A program made the position numbers and the translations under genes. Of a DNA stretch of 64,000 bases, positions 50,180 through 58,390 are shown piece by piece (the first letter of the stretch is position 1; every line of letters begins with the position of its first letter). The notes under the pieces are model-generated. The model saw only the letters and a list, made by a program, of their open reading frames with translations, had not been told where the DNA came from and did not search any database. The DNA is from Polyangiaceae bacterium (GTDB lineage: Bacteria > Myxococcota_A > Polyangia > Polyangiales > Polyangiaceae), in NCBI GenBank assembly GCA_965222375.1, contig CBDCTZ010000016.1, positions 2,432,001 through 2,496,000 of the forward strand, given 5' to 3'.

Positions 50180-51684
50180 CCCGTCGCGACCCAAACGCCT
50201 TCCTGGCCCGTCTCTGGCGTCTGGAGGCTGCCCTCGTCGAGGCAGGTCTCCCGCCCATGCCTCCGTGGTGGCGTGAGACCATCACGGGCTTCTACCTCTC
50301 GGGGAAGCGCCGCCTGGTGGTGCGCAAGGGCCGCCGGGTCTTCGCCTCGACGTGCGTCGCGCCCCGCCTCGCCGTGGCCGAGATGCTCTTCGGGCAACAC
50401 CAGCATCACCCGGGCACGCCGCCTCTCAGCTACGTGTTCCTCAGCGTGAAACGCAGCGAGGCAGCCAAGCGCCTGCGCGGCGTCACTGCCATACTCGACC
50501 ATCTCGGCGAGGCATACGCTGTCCGTGGCGAGTCGATCGAGCTGAGCACGAAGCCCGCGATCTTCTCCGTCATGACGGCGAACTTCCGAACGAACGTCGG
50601 CGATACGCTCGCGTTCACTTGGTGTGACGAGGTTTCCCGCTGGCGCGATGACGCCACAATGGCCAACCCCGCTGAGGAAGTGATCGGGTCACTCAGCCCT
50701 GCCCTGGCGACGCTCCCGGATGCTCCCCTTTTCCTAATCTCCAGTCCTCTCGGTAGCGAAGACTACCACGCGAAGGCGTACGAACTTGGCGACACGGACG
50801 TGCAGTGCACCGCGTTCGGCGAAACCTGGACGATCAATCCGGAAATCTCGCTGGAGCAATCAAAGGCGCTCGAACCCGACGAGCGCCTGTGGCGGCGAGA
50901 GTATGCGGCGATACCCATGCCCGCCGGTGGCAGCCCGTTCTTCTCAGAAGACGAGATCACCTTCGCCACGGACGTGGGCCGCTGCTCGCCCGCCGAACCC
51001 GTCAACGGTATCAGGTACGTCGTCGCTGCCGACCAGGCCATCAATCGCGACCGCTTCGGCTTCGCCGTGGTCTCACACGAGGTTGGGCCGATCAGCGAGC
51101 ACGGCGAGCGACTGCCCTCGGTTGTCATCGCGCATGAGGTCGGGTCCTGGAAGCCAGAAGGCAAACCGAGCGTGGACGCTCAGCGCTTGGCGCAGATTGC
51201 GCACCGATACGACCAGCGCAGGATCCTGCTCGACCAAGGAGCGGGTGGCGCTGTGTTCGGCGAGCTGCTTCGAAACTTCAACGCGTACGCTTCAGTCATT
51301 GCCTGGACGGGTGGCGAAGCCGAAGACTCCAAGCTGGATCGATTCCGACGTGTTCGTACCGCGATGGCGCAAGGCATATTGCGTCTGCCGGACAGGCGCG
51401 AGCTGCGCGGAGAACTGCGTCGCTTTCATTCTGACGTGACTTCCGCCGGCAATGAGCGTGTGTCCGCGCGACGGACGGATGGCGGCCACAGCGATGCGGC
51501 GACGGCACTCGTGCTCGCGGCTTCAGAAGCGCTCTCCCAATCGGCATGCCTTCCGCCGGAACGGGAGATGCCGTGGGAGCGCTACGAACGCGACCAAGCG
51601 CAGGCCAACCTCGGCGCGATCTTCGGCGCGTACAGCGGCCCTGAGGACTACTTCCCCGAGATCTTCGGGGGCAACGACATCTGA
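50176..51684 (+). CDS. Terminase large subunit-like protein (502 aa), deviant Walker A
   Basis: VVRKGRRVFAST (Walker A position), WCDEV (Walker B), LISSP (motif III), TWTINP, RREYAA, nuclease acidic residues in VAADQA, LLDQ and GHSDAATAL. Confidence 0.8.
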   Translation: MTRRDPNAFLARLWRLEAALVEAGLPPMPPWWRETITGFYLSGKRRLVVRKGRRVFASTCVAPRLAVAEMLFGQHQHHPGTPPLSYVFLSVKRSEAAKRLRGVTAILDHLGEAYAVRGESIELSTKPAIFSVMTANFRTNVGDTLAFTWCDEVSRWRDDATMANPAEEVIGSLSPALATLPDAPLFLISSPLGSEDYHAKAYELGDTDVQCTAFGETWTINPEISLEQSKALEPDERLWRREYAAIPMPAGGSPFFSEDEITFATDVGRCSPAEPVNGIRYVVAADQAINRDRFGFAVVSHEVGPISEHGERLPSVVIAHEVGSWKPEGKPSVDAQRLAQIAHRYDQRRILLDQGAGGAVFGELLRNFNAYASVIAWTGGEAEDSKLDRFRRVRTAMAQGILRLPDRRELRGELRRFHSDVTSAGNERVSARRTDGGHSDAATALVLAASEALSQSACLPPEREMPWERYERDQAQANLGAIFGAYSGPEDYFPEIFGGNDI

Positions 51685-51700
51685 CACAGGAGAAGACCCA

Positions 51701-52249
51701 ATGGACAATCCCTACCGCCCCGACCCGATGGGCAAGGCCGCTCGCACGCTTCTTGAGTCCGGCGATGCCGCGACGATGAGCGAGGCTCGCGAACTTCGCG
51801 ACAAGCTCTTGCGCATTGAAGCTCTCACTATCGACGGCGACGTACCGGTCTGGGCGCCATCCAACATGCGCGAAGACGCGCCTCTGCTAGCCGCGCGACT
51901 GTTTCCACCGGACCCCCACATCGACGGCCACCCGATCCGTACGGAGCGCGCCCAGATTGAGAAGGAGTTGGAAGCGCTCAAAGAGACTGGCAACCCGCGC
52001 GACAGTGACGAAACCAAGTTCAATCGCTCGACTCGCATTGCCCGTTTGGCGGAGCGCCTAGTTGTACTGGGCGAAGCCGAACGTGCGGCCGAGGTCGAGC
52101 TGATCGAGTCCGCTCTCGCGCGACCCAAAGCGCGACTGGCCGAACTCGACGCCGCCACGCCACGTACCGACGAAGAGCGCTTCGCAAGGGCCGACCAGCG
52201 CGCGGCTTTGCACTTGCAACTTATGCGCGCCAGCGGTGGTGTACTGTGA
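51701..52249 (+). CDS. Hypothetical helical protein (element)
   Basis: AGGAG RBS before ATG 51701; charged helical sequence. Confidence 0.65.
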   Translation: MDNPYRPDPMGKAARTLLESGDAATMSEARELRDKLLRIEALTIDGDVPVWAPSNMREDAPLLAARLFPPDPHIDGHPIRTERAQIEKELEALKETGNPRDSDETKFNRSTRIARLAERLVVLGEAERAAEVELIESALARPKARLAELDAATPRTDEERFARADQRAALHLQLMRASGGVL

Positions 52250-53121
52250 CTGGCGCCGAACTAGTCGAAACCTGGCGAGCAGCGCGAGCAGTCCGCGACG
52301 AAGCTGCGTCGAGGGTCCGGAAGCTGCAAGTGCAGCTCGGGCTTGCGGAGCAGGAGCATGCGAACTCGGTGGAGCGCGCAACGGCGCTCCGCGATGAGCT
52401 GAGCGAAGCCGCGAAGCAAGCCGCACTCGATGGGGTCGACCCTCCGACCGATGGTCAAAAGCGTATTCGTGACGCGGACCATCAAGTGGAAGCGGACGAA
52501 TCTCGGATTCAAGGTTTCACCCGGGCTCTGGAGGAAACCGCACTTCCGAATTTCCTCACGGCAACGCACAAGGCCCACGCCATTGCGGTCCAGCTTGTTG
52601 CGCTGCACGTCGCTGCGGCGGAACGCGAAGCGAAGTCCGCGGGTGCTGCACTTGCGCAAGCTCTCGCGCGTCGCGCGTCACTGGCAAGCCTCGGTGATCT
52701 TCTGGCTCAAACAGGCAGCAGGGGCGCGTCGCGGGATCCATTCCAGTTCTTCACCGGCCCGACGGAGACGCATCGCGCGTTGATCAATACGCTCCGTCGC
52801 CACGGCTTTGCAGAACGGGACGACGCATTCGATGCGTTCACGTATGCGTCCGCAGCGCACAGGCCAGCTCCCGTTTCCGTTCTCGAAACCGATCCGCCAG
52901 AGAGCGACGCATCGCGGGTCCTGGAGTTGTGCCCGATGGTGCTGCCACCGCTGCTGGACCGGCTGCCGCGAGCACTCAACCCGGTTACTATCGAAGATCA
53001 GAAGATAGCCGACGCCTACGCCAGCATGGACGCGGCGCTCTCAGTGATCGGGGTCGAGTTCGATTCGCTTGGTGGCGGCATCGAGCCGGATGCACCAGCG
53101 ACCGCCGAGGCAGCGGCATGA
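52246..53121 (+). CDS. Hypothetical coiled-coil protein (element)
   Basis: GTGA overlap; N-terminal Ala/Glu/Arg heptad-like region. Confidence 0.65.
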   Translation: MTGAELVETWRAARAVRDEAASRVRKLQVQLGLAEQEHANSVERATALRDELSEAAKQAALDGVDPPTDGQKRIRDADHQVEADESRIQGFTRALEETALPNFLTATHKAHAIAVQLVALHVAAAEREAKSAGAALAQALARRASLASLGDLLAQTGSRGASRDPFQFFTGPTETHRALINTLRRHGFAERDDAFDAFTYASAAHRPAPVSVLETDPPESDASRVLELCPMVLPPLLDRLPRALNPVTIEDQKIADAYASMDAALSVIGVEFDSLGGGIEPDAPATAEAAA

Positions 53122-53345
53122 CTTGCGGACAGGTGCCCCTTACATCAGGCACCGGCGCCATCGTCGTGGCGTCGCGGCAGGCTCGTTTGGTTTGGGCGAG
53201 CCTGCCGTTGTCGGACGCATTCACAGAACTTGGCGGGGTGCCCTCCTATCCCCCGGCGCCACAGCCGCGGCGCCTACCGGGGCGGTCTTGTTGCCATGGC
53301 CGCTCCGGTGCCAAGGCGCACCTCAAACTTGAGGAGACACAGCAA

Positions 53346-53621
53346 ATGACTCGAACCACGACTATTAGAAACGCTCGCGCCGAGCTGGATGCGATCGCAG
53401 TGGGCCTCGGCGAGGACGAGCTGCAGGTGCTCGTCTTCGTTGCAGGACGCCTGGCTGCGGGGCGTGAACGCTACGGAGCGCTGCACCTGTCAGAAGACCC
53501 ACGGGACTGGTACCGCGAGCGTTCCGAGGAGCTTGCGGACAGCCTCGTGTACACCGCGTGCGCTGAGATCGCGCGGGTGTGCAAGCTGACGAAGGCCCAA
53601 GGGTCGACAGCCAATCAATGA
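53346..53621 (+). CDS. Small protein with MazG-like (all-alpha NTP pyrophosphatase) motif
   Basis: GAGGAG RBS; GRERYG..L...RDW..E..EELADSLVY (EExxD). Confidence 0.55.
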   Translation: MTRTTTIRNARAELDAIAVGLGEDELQVLVFVAGRLAAGRERYGALHLSEDPRDWYRERSEELADSLVYTACAEIARVCKLTKAQGSTANQ

Positions 53622-53701
53622 GGCTGCTGCGACCACCAAGTTTCTCGCCGCCGGCAGGTTGATGCCTGCCGGGGCGCTTTGCCAAAACGAAAGGAAGTCG
53701 A

Positions 53702-53824
53702 ATGTCACTCTGCAAGTTCCCAATCTTCAACTTCGCGTTCAACGTGCCCTTGGCGCTGCCGCAGATCCCGATTCCGGATCTGGACTTCAGCATCAATCTG
53801 AATCTGTTCTGTCCGCTCGACTGA
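53702..53824 (+). CDS. 40-aa hydrophobic Pro/Phe-rich peptide absent from the ORF track
   Basis: AAGGAAG RBS; MSLCKFPIFNFAFNVPLALPQIPIPDLDFSINLNLFCPLD*; mostly G/C third positions; flanked by hairpins. Confidence 0.65.
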   Translation: MSLCKFPIFNFAFNVPLALPQIPIPDLDFSINLNLFCPLD

Positions 53825-53831
53825 CGCGTTC

Positions 53832-53862
53832 CGGGCCGCCTGGTCTGTTGCCAGGCGGCCCG
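53832..53862. other. Perfect 12-bp GC hairpin between the peptide and tape-measure genes
   Basis: CGGGCCGCCTGG-tctgttg-CCAGGCGGCCCG; no U-tract. Confidence 0.7.
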
Positions 53863-53905
53863 ATAGCACCCTGCCCCGACCGCCACGCAAACAAGGAAAC
53901 GCACC

Positions 53906-55861
53906 ATGGTTGATACGCGTTACATTGTAGACATCGACCTTCGTCTGCACGATCACGCGACGAAGACGCTCGACAAGATGAGCGACGCCATCGGGCCTCT
54001 GGACAAGGGGTTCCTGAACATGGCGAGTGGCATGAAGCAGCTCGCCGGAAGCATCGGCGGGAAGTTCGTTGGCGTCTTGGACTCCGCCGCGTCAAAGCTT
54101 GCCTCGATGGGCAAGTACGCCGCGATGGGCGGCGCGGCTGCCGCTGTTGGTGGACTGACATATGGCGTCACGAAGCTGAACGCGGAGATCGACAAGACGA
54201 AGATCAGCATGGCGGCTGTTTTCAACGCCAACAAGATCAGCACCGGCGGAATGATGGGCGGCCTGAAGATGGCCGAGGGGATGTACGAGAAGATGCGTCA
54301 GGACGCCAAGCAGCTCCCTGGCGAACTCGAAGACCTGCTCTACATCTACCGAGCGGGCGTCATTCCTGCAATTCACCAAGGCCTCGACCCGGACAAGTTC
54401 CGCGAGATGTCCTCGAAGGTCATGGCGGCAGCCGCCGTTGCCGGCATGGACATGCACATGGCCGGCCGCGAGTTCGCGCTCCTCATGGAGGGACGCAGCG
54501 GCGCGCACAACGTCTTGGGCCAGCGCCTGATGGGGCTGAGCGGTGCGAAGGCGAGCGCTTTCAACAAGCTCAGCGGCGAGAAACGCATCGCACTCTTGAG
54601 CGCAGAGCTGGACAAGTTCGGTGGTGCTATCGGGGTTTTTGGCAAGTCGTGGGAGGGCGTCACGTCCACGTTTGTGGATGGGGTCAAGCAGCTTGGAGCG
54701 GCTGTCACCAAGCCACTATTCGACAAGCTCTCCAGATCGCTTGGGGACGCGAACAAATGGATCGACGAGAACGGCGAGAAGCTGTCTTCGTGGGCGTACG
54801 TCGTCGGGACGAAGATTGCCGCTGCGTTCGAATGGGGGCGCGCGAAGATCGAGGAGTGGTGGCCCGCCATCGAGAAGTTTGCAACGAGTGCGTGGGCCAA
54901 GCTCAAGCAAGTGTGGGTTGACCTTGCGCCGCACGTCGAGCGCGTCGGCAACGCCATACACGGCTTCTTGAAAGACCCTGCTGCGGTCGACAAGCTGATC
55001 TCGTTGGGCAAGCTCTACCTCGCGCTGAAGGTGGGCCAAGGTGCCCTTGGCGTCCAAGGCGGCATTAGCCAAGCAGCGTCGAGCACCGTACTGCCATTCC
55101 TGACGAATGGCGGCGGTGGCGCCCTAGGAGCGTTTGCGGGAACTGGAACGGGCGCTCTGAGTGCGATCGGCGCCCTGCTTGGTGAGGCTGGCGGCTCCAC
55201 CGCAGCAGCCTACGGTGTGAGCGCTGCAGGTGGGGGTGCGCTTGCTGGCGGGGCAACGCTAGCCGCCTTCGCTGCGGGCATCGCCCTCGCCTACAACGAA
55301 GTGATGCTGTTCACTGAGGTCATCACGCACTTCCGTGACGACGCGCAGAAGACCGAGGACGCAAAGCGCGACTATGCGAAGCGGCATATCGCGAGTTACA
55401 TCAAGATGACCTCGGACATGAGGTCGGCGTCTGACAAGTGGGCGACGGTGACGGAGTATGCGGCGCGCGACATCAACAACCTGCGCTTGCGAGGCGACGA
55501 GGCTGGCGCGGCTCTCTACGAACTCGAGCTTGCGGCCTACAGCGCCAGCGCTGCGATGGATGGGATGTCGAAGTTCGTCAATGACCGCAACAGCGACATC
55601 GTCGACCCCGCAATGGCGGCGGTGACCGCCAAGAGCGGTCAAGTGGCGAGAGAATGGCTTGCCAAACAGCCGAAGGGCAGGCGCGTCCCGAAGCACGGTG
55701 GTGGCGGTGGCGGCACGAGCATCCAGAAGGTGGAGATCGTGGTCACGTCCAATCAGCACCCGAGCCGAATTGCGCGCACGGTGTTCGACGAGATGGCCAA
55801 GCTGAAGCGCAACCGCCGGTCAAGCCCGCACGTCACCAACTTCTCCAACCCGAACTCGTGA
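53906..55861 (+). CDS. Phage tape-measure protein-like (651 aa)
   Basis: N-terminal IDLRLHDHATKTL, tape-measure core (YEKMRQDAKQLPGELEDL...SWEGVTSTFVDG), periodic W/F amphipathic helices, Gly/Ala hydrophobic stretch, C-terminal IQKVEIVV..PSRIA. Confidence 0.75.
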   Translation: MVDTRYIVDIDLRLHDHATKTLDKMSDAIGPLDKGFLNMASGMKQLAGSIGGKFVGVLDSAASKLASMGKYAAMGGAAAAVGGLTYGVTKLNAEIDKTKISMAAVFNANKISTGGMMGGLKMAEGMYEKMRQDAKQLPGELEDLLYIYRAGVIPAIHQGLDPDKFREMSSKVMAAAAVAGMDMHMAGREFALLMEGRSGAHNVLGQRLMGLSGAKASAFNKLSGEKRIALLSAELDKFGGAIGVFGKSWEGVTSTFVDGVKQLGAAVTKPLFDKLSRSLGDANKWIDENGEKLSSWAYVVGTKIAAAFEWGRAKIEEWWPAIEKFATSAWAKLKQVWVDLAPHVERVGNAIHGFLKDPAAVDKLISLGKLYLALKVGQGALGVQGGISQAASSTVLPFLTNGGGGALGAFAGTGTGALSAIGALLGEAGGSTAAAYGVSAAGGGALAGGATLAAFAAGIALAYNEVMLFTEVITHFRDDAQKTEDAKRDYAKRHIASYIKMTSDMRSASDKWATVTEYAARDINNLRLRGDEAGAALYELELAAYSASAAMDGMSKFVNDRNSDIVDPAMAAVTAKSGQVAREWLAKQPKGRRVPKHGGGGGGTSIQKVEIVVTSNQHPSRIARTVFDEMAKLKRNRRSSPHVTNFSNPNS

Positions 55862-56097
55862 TGGCTGGTGGCTCATCAGCGCGGCAGCACGCGCCGCTTC
55901 CGCCGCTTCGCCCGGGAACTGCTTTTCCGCGCCATCGCGTCGACCTCGTCAACGAGGGCCCAGTAACCAATCGCCTGGCGAGCGATATGCGTCGCCGCAT
56001 CAAGGTCGCCCTCAATTGCGCCAACGAAGTCGACGTTCACCTGTCGGTTCGGTTGGGGGCCCACCGGTTGCGTGATTTCTTGGCGACATCGCTCCTC

Positions 56098-56697
56098 CTA
56101 CTGTGTTGGGGGTTTCGGCGTTGGCGGCGCCTTGTTGGGCAACTCGTACACGTGCTGCAACAGCATGTCCGTCAGGTAGAGCAGGGCGACTGCATCCGCT
56201 CTGCCCATTATCGTGATCTCGTGGTTCGCTTCGTTCGCAACTGTACGGATCTTGTCCACCCATGCCTTGGCGCCAGGAGGGATCCAGTGCTTTTCGTGAA
56301 GGAACTTAACGTAGTAAGCGAAGCGTTCCCCGGCGTCGGCCTTTTGCTCAACGGCTACGTGCATCAGGATCTTTCGGCAGGTCATGACGCTCGCAGTGTA
56401 GGCGCTGCCACCGAACGCGCTTCGAGCTTCGGTGCGCAGTGCGGCCACGTCCTTCGGCAAGTGATCAATCGGGCGGCCCGGAGCCGCGTCAGGCATTCGC
56501 CGCTCGCCCCGGAAGTAGTTTGGCGCCCAACAGTCCGGGCAAAGGTGAATCACCGATACGGGTGGTTGCCCTCCCTTGGTCACCCAGCCCCTCGCGCTCG
56601 TCACTCGTTGGCCACAGTACCCGCAGTCAAAAGGCCTGCTGCTGACCTGAACTGCGTTGTCCCACACTCCAGTTATTCGATACCATTCTTCGCTCAT
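56098..56697 (-). CDS. DUF4145 (HEPN-like) protein with N-terminal zinc ribbon
   Basis: CGYC..CPDC, AYTASVMTCRKIL, IRTVANEANH (R-x3-N-x3-H); GAGGAGG upstream of ATG 56697. Confidence 0.8.
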   Translation of the reverse strand: MSEEWYRITGVWDNAVQVSSRPFDCGYCGQRVTSARGWVTKGGQPPVSVIHLCPDCWAPNYFRGERRMPDAAPGRPIDHLPKDVAALRTEARSAFGGSAYTASVMTCRKILMHVAVEQKADAGERFAYYVKFLHEKHWIPPGAKAWVDKIRTVANEANHEITIMGRADAVALLYLTDMLLQHVYELPNKAPPTPKPPTQ

Positions 56698-56830
56698 GGG
56701 TTTGGCGCCTCCTCGTCGTCGCCCCCCGCTGTTCCCCACTCTACGCAGAGCGTCAAGCATACCTATGCGCATAGGCATGACGCCATGCGCTCGCGCACAA
56801 TGCCAACGAGGACGGGACGAAAGCGCTTGC

Positions 56831-56867
56831 GCCATGGAAAACGCGGTATTACCATGTTTTCCATGGC
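56831..56867. promoter_or_regulatory. 12-bp inverted repeat overlapping the RHH start (probable operator)
   Basis: GCCATGGAAAAC-N13-GTTTTCCATGGC. Confidence 0.6.
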
Positions 56868-57057
56868 TGACCTGACCACCGTCTGCGTGAAGCTCCGGCC
56901 GGACGATCTGCAACTGCTTGAAGCCAGCGAACGCGTCGAGCGCCTGAGTCGCTCTGACGTAGTGCGCCGCGCCATTCGAGCGTACGCAGTTCAACTGGGC
57001 GTGACTGACCGCGACGTGGTGAGGCCGAAGAAGCCCAGGCCGCCACGACGCCGATAA
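56863..57057 (+). CDS. Ribbon-helix-helix (CopG-like) protein
   Basis: TTVCVKLRPDDLQLLE......SRSDVVRRAIRAY. Confidence 0.75.
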   Translation: MADLTTVCVKLRPDDLQLLEASERVERLSRSDVVRRAIRAYAVQLGVTDRDVVRPKKPRPPRRR

Positions 57058-57126
57058 CCACCACAAACAAAGAATGCTCCCGCGCTGGGCAAACAGCCGG
57101 GAGCTTGGCCCAAAGGAGATACCCCA

Positions 57127-57426
57127 ATGAGCAACGACAAGATCGCACAGGCACCCGGCGCGGACAACACCGAGCCCGAAACCTACACTCTGACCGCGGA
57201 CCAGCTCCGCAGCCTTGCTGGCGGGCGTTGGGGCTGCGTGTCCGGCGTCGCAACTTCGCCCTTGGCGGAGATCGTCGCGGGTGCGGCGGACGACGTTCGC
57301 TTCGTCTCTGCGGCAATGCACGCGAGCGAGGATGACATGCGGCGGGAGGACGTCGAAACGGCGATGCTGCGGGTCGCAGATCGCCTGCAGACTGTGGCGA
57401 GCCTCATGGGTCGAGGCGAGTCATGA
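57127..57426 (+). CDS. Hypothetical protein (element)
   Basis: AAGGAG RBS; 99 aa. Confidence 0.65.
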   Translation: MSNDKIAQAPGADNTEPETYTLTADQLRSLAGGRWGCVSGVATSPLAEIVAGAADDVRFVSAAMHASEDDMRREDVETAMLRVADRLQTVASLMGRGES

Positions 57427-57611
57427 GCGAGGACTTTAGCAAGACGGGGTCCGCGGACCTCGCGGCGTACGCTCTCGACGAACTGGGGCGCGCGGTCAGC
57501 AGCTGGACGAAGCGTGGGACGCTCGACACGAAGGCTGCGGCCAACGCGAAACGCGCGCTGGAGCAACTTGAGAAGCGGCTACGTGATTCCGAAGCAACGG
57601 CATCGCGCTAG
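57423..57611 (+). CDS. Hypothetical protein (element)
   Basis: ATGA overlap; 62-aa helical sequence. Confidence 0.6.
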   Translation: MSEDFSKTGSADLAAYALDELGRAVSSWTKRGTLDTKAAANAKRALEQLEKRLRDSEATASR

Positions 57612-57682
57612 TGCGCTCGCCCCCGCTGCCTGCGAAAGGCGGCATGGCACGCCGCCGGGGGCACCACGAAAGGAGTGTTGGC

Positions 57683-58390
57683 ATGGTCGTAGAAACGGCA
57701 TTGGGGGCAATCACTGCGGTGCAGGCCACCACGTGGGCAGTGAAGAAAACGAAGGACTGGGTGAAGGGCCGGGACCCAACCGCGGACATGGCGGAAGCTG
57801 CGAAGGAGTACCGTGAGGAGCTGGAGCCGCTGATTGAACAACGGCTGTGCAACCTTGAGGACTCAAACGAGAACCGGCGACGCCTGGACGAGCTACTCGG
57901 CACGGAGCTTCTATTCATTCTTCAAAACTACGACATCGAGAACCGTCGGGAAGCAACGAGGAAGCGGCGCATCATGCTCGCTCACGCGGCGGCAGGATCG
58001 CTTCGGCTCGACCTGACGATCGCCGAGATCGCAAGGGTTGAACGCGTGATTCGGGAACTCGACCCCGATGATGTCGGTGTGCTCGCCCAGCTCGATCGGC
58101 AGAAGGATCCAGGGATGGCCCCGGTACCGGCCGACAAACAACACGTTAAGGGTGAACTGAGAGACGAGTGGCGACGGCAGGTCGCCAAGGTTGCGCACAA
58201 CCGCTACCGCTACTGGATGAGCGTTCGACCAAAGGGCGAGATACTTCTGCCTGCCGGGTGCGTCATCATTGAGCAGAGCGCACCAATCGTCACCGTAGGC
58301 GAATCCACGGGGATCTACCTGACGGCGCTCGGTGGAAACGTCCTCCAGGTGCTTGAAACCTACATCCGCACTGAGGGGCTCGACCAGTGA
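57683..58390 (+). CDS. Hypothetical protein, possibly Abi-alpha/DUF4393-like
   Basis: AAGGAG RBS; IRELDPDD..VL and C-terminal YLTALG patterns; GTGA overlap with int. Confidence 0.55.
   Translation: MVVETALGAITAVQATTWAVKKTKDWVKGRDPTADMAEAAKEYREELEPLIEQRLCNLEDSNENRRRLDELLGTELLFILQNYDIENRREATRKRRIMLAHAAAGSLRLDLTIAEIARVERVIRELDPDDVGVLAQLDRQKDPGMAPVPADKQHVKGELRDEWRRQVAKVAHNRYRYWMSVRPKGEILLPAGCVIIEQSAPIVTVGESTGIYLTALGGNVLQVLETYIRTEGLDQ

Noticed and set aside
55876..56064. 62-aa minus-strand ORF in frame after the DUF4145 stop (readthrough or partner gene)
   Set aside because: No clear RBS at the GTG and no motif; it cannot be supported, though it is not excluded.
55654..56862. 467-aa plus-strand ORF
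   Set aside because: It is mostly the antisense shadow of DUF4145; only the last 64 codons (RHH) look real.
56698..57321. N-terminal half of the 407-aa minus-strand ORF
   Set aside because: It is antisense to the RHH and 57127 genes; DUF4145 has its own RBS and ATG at 56697.
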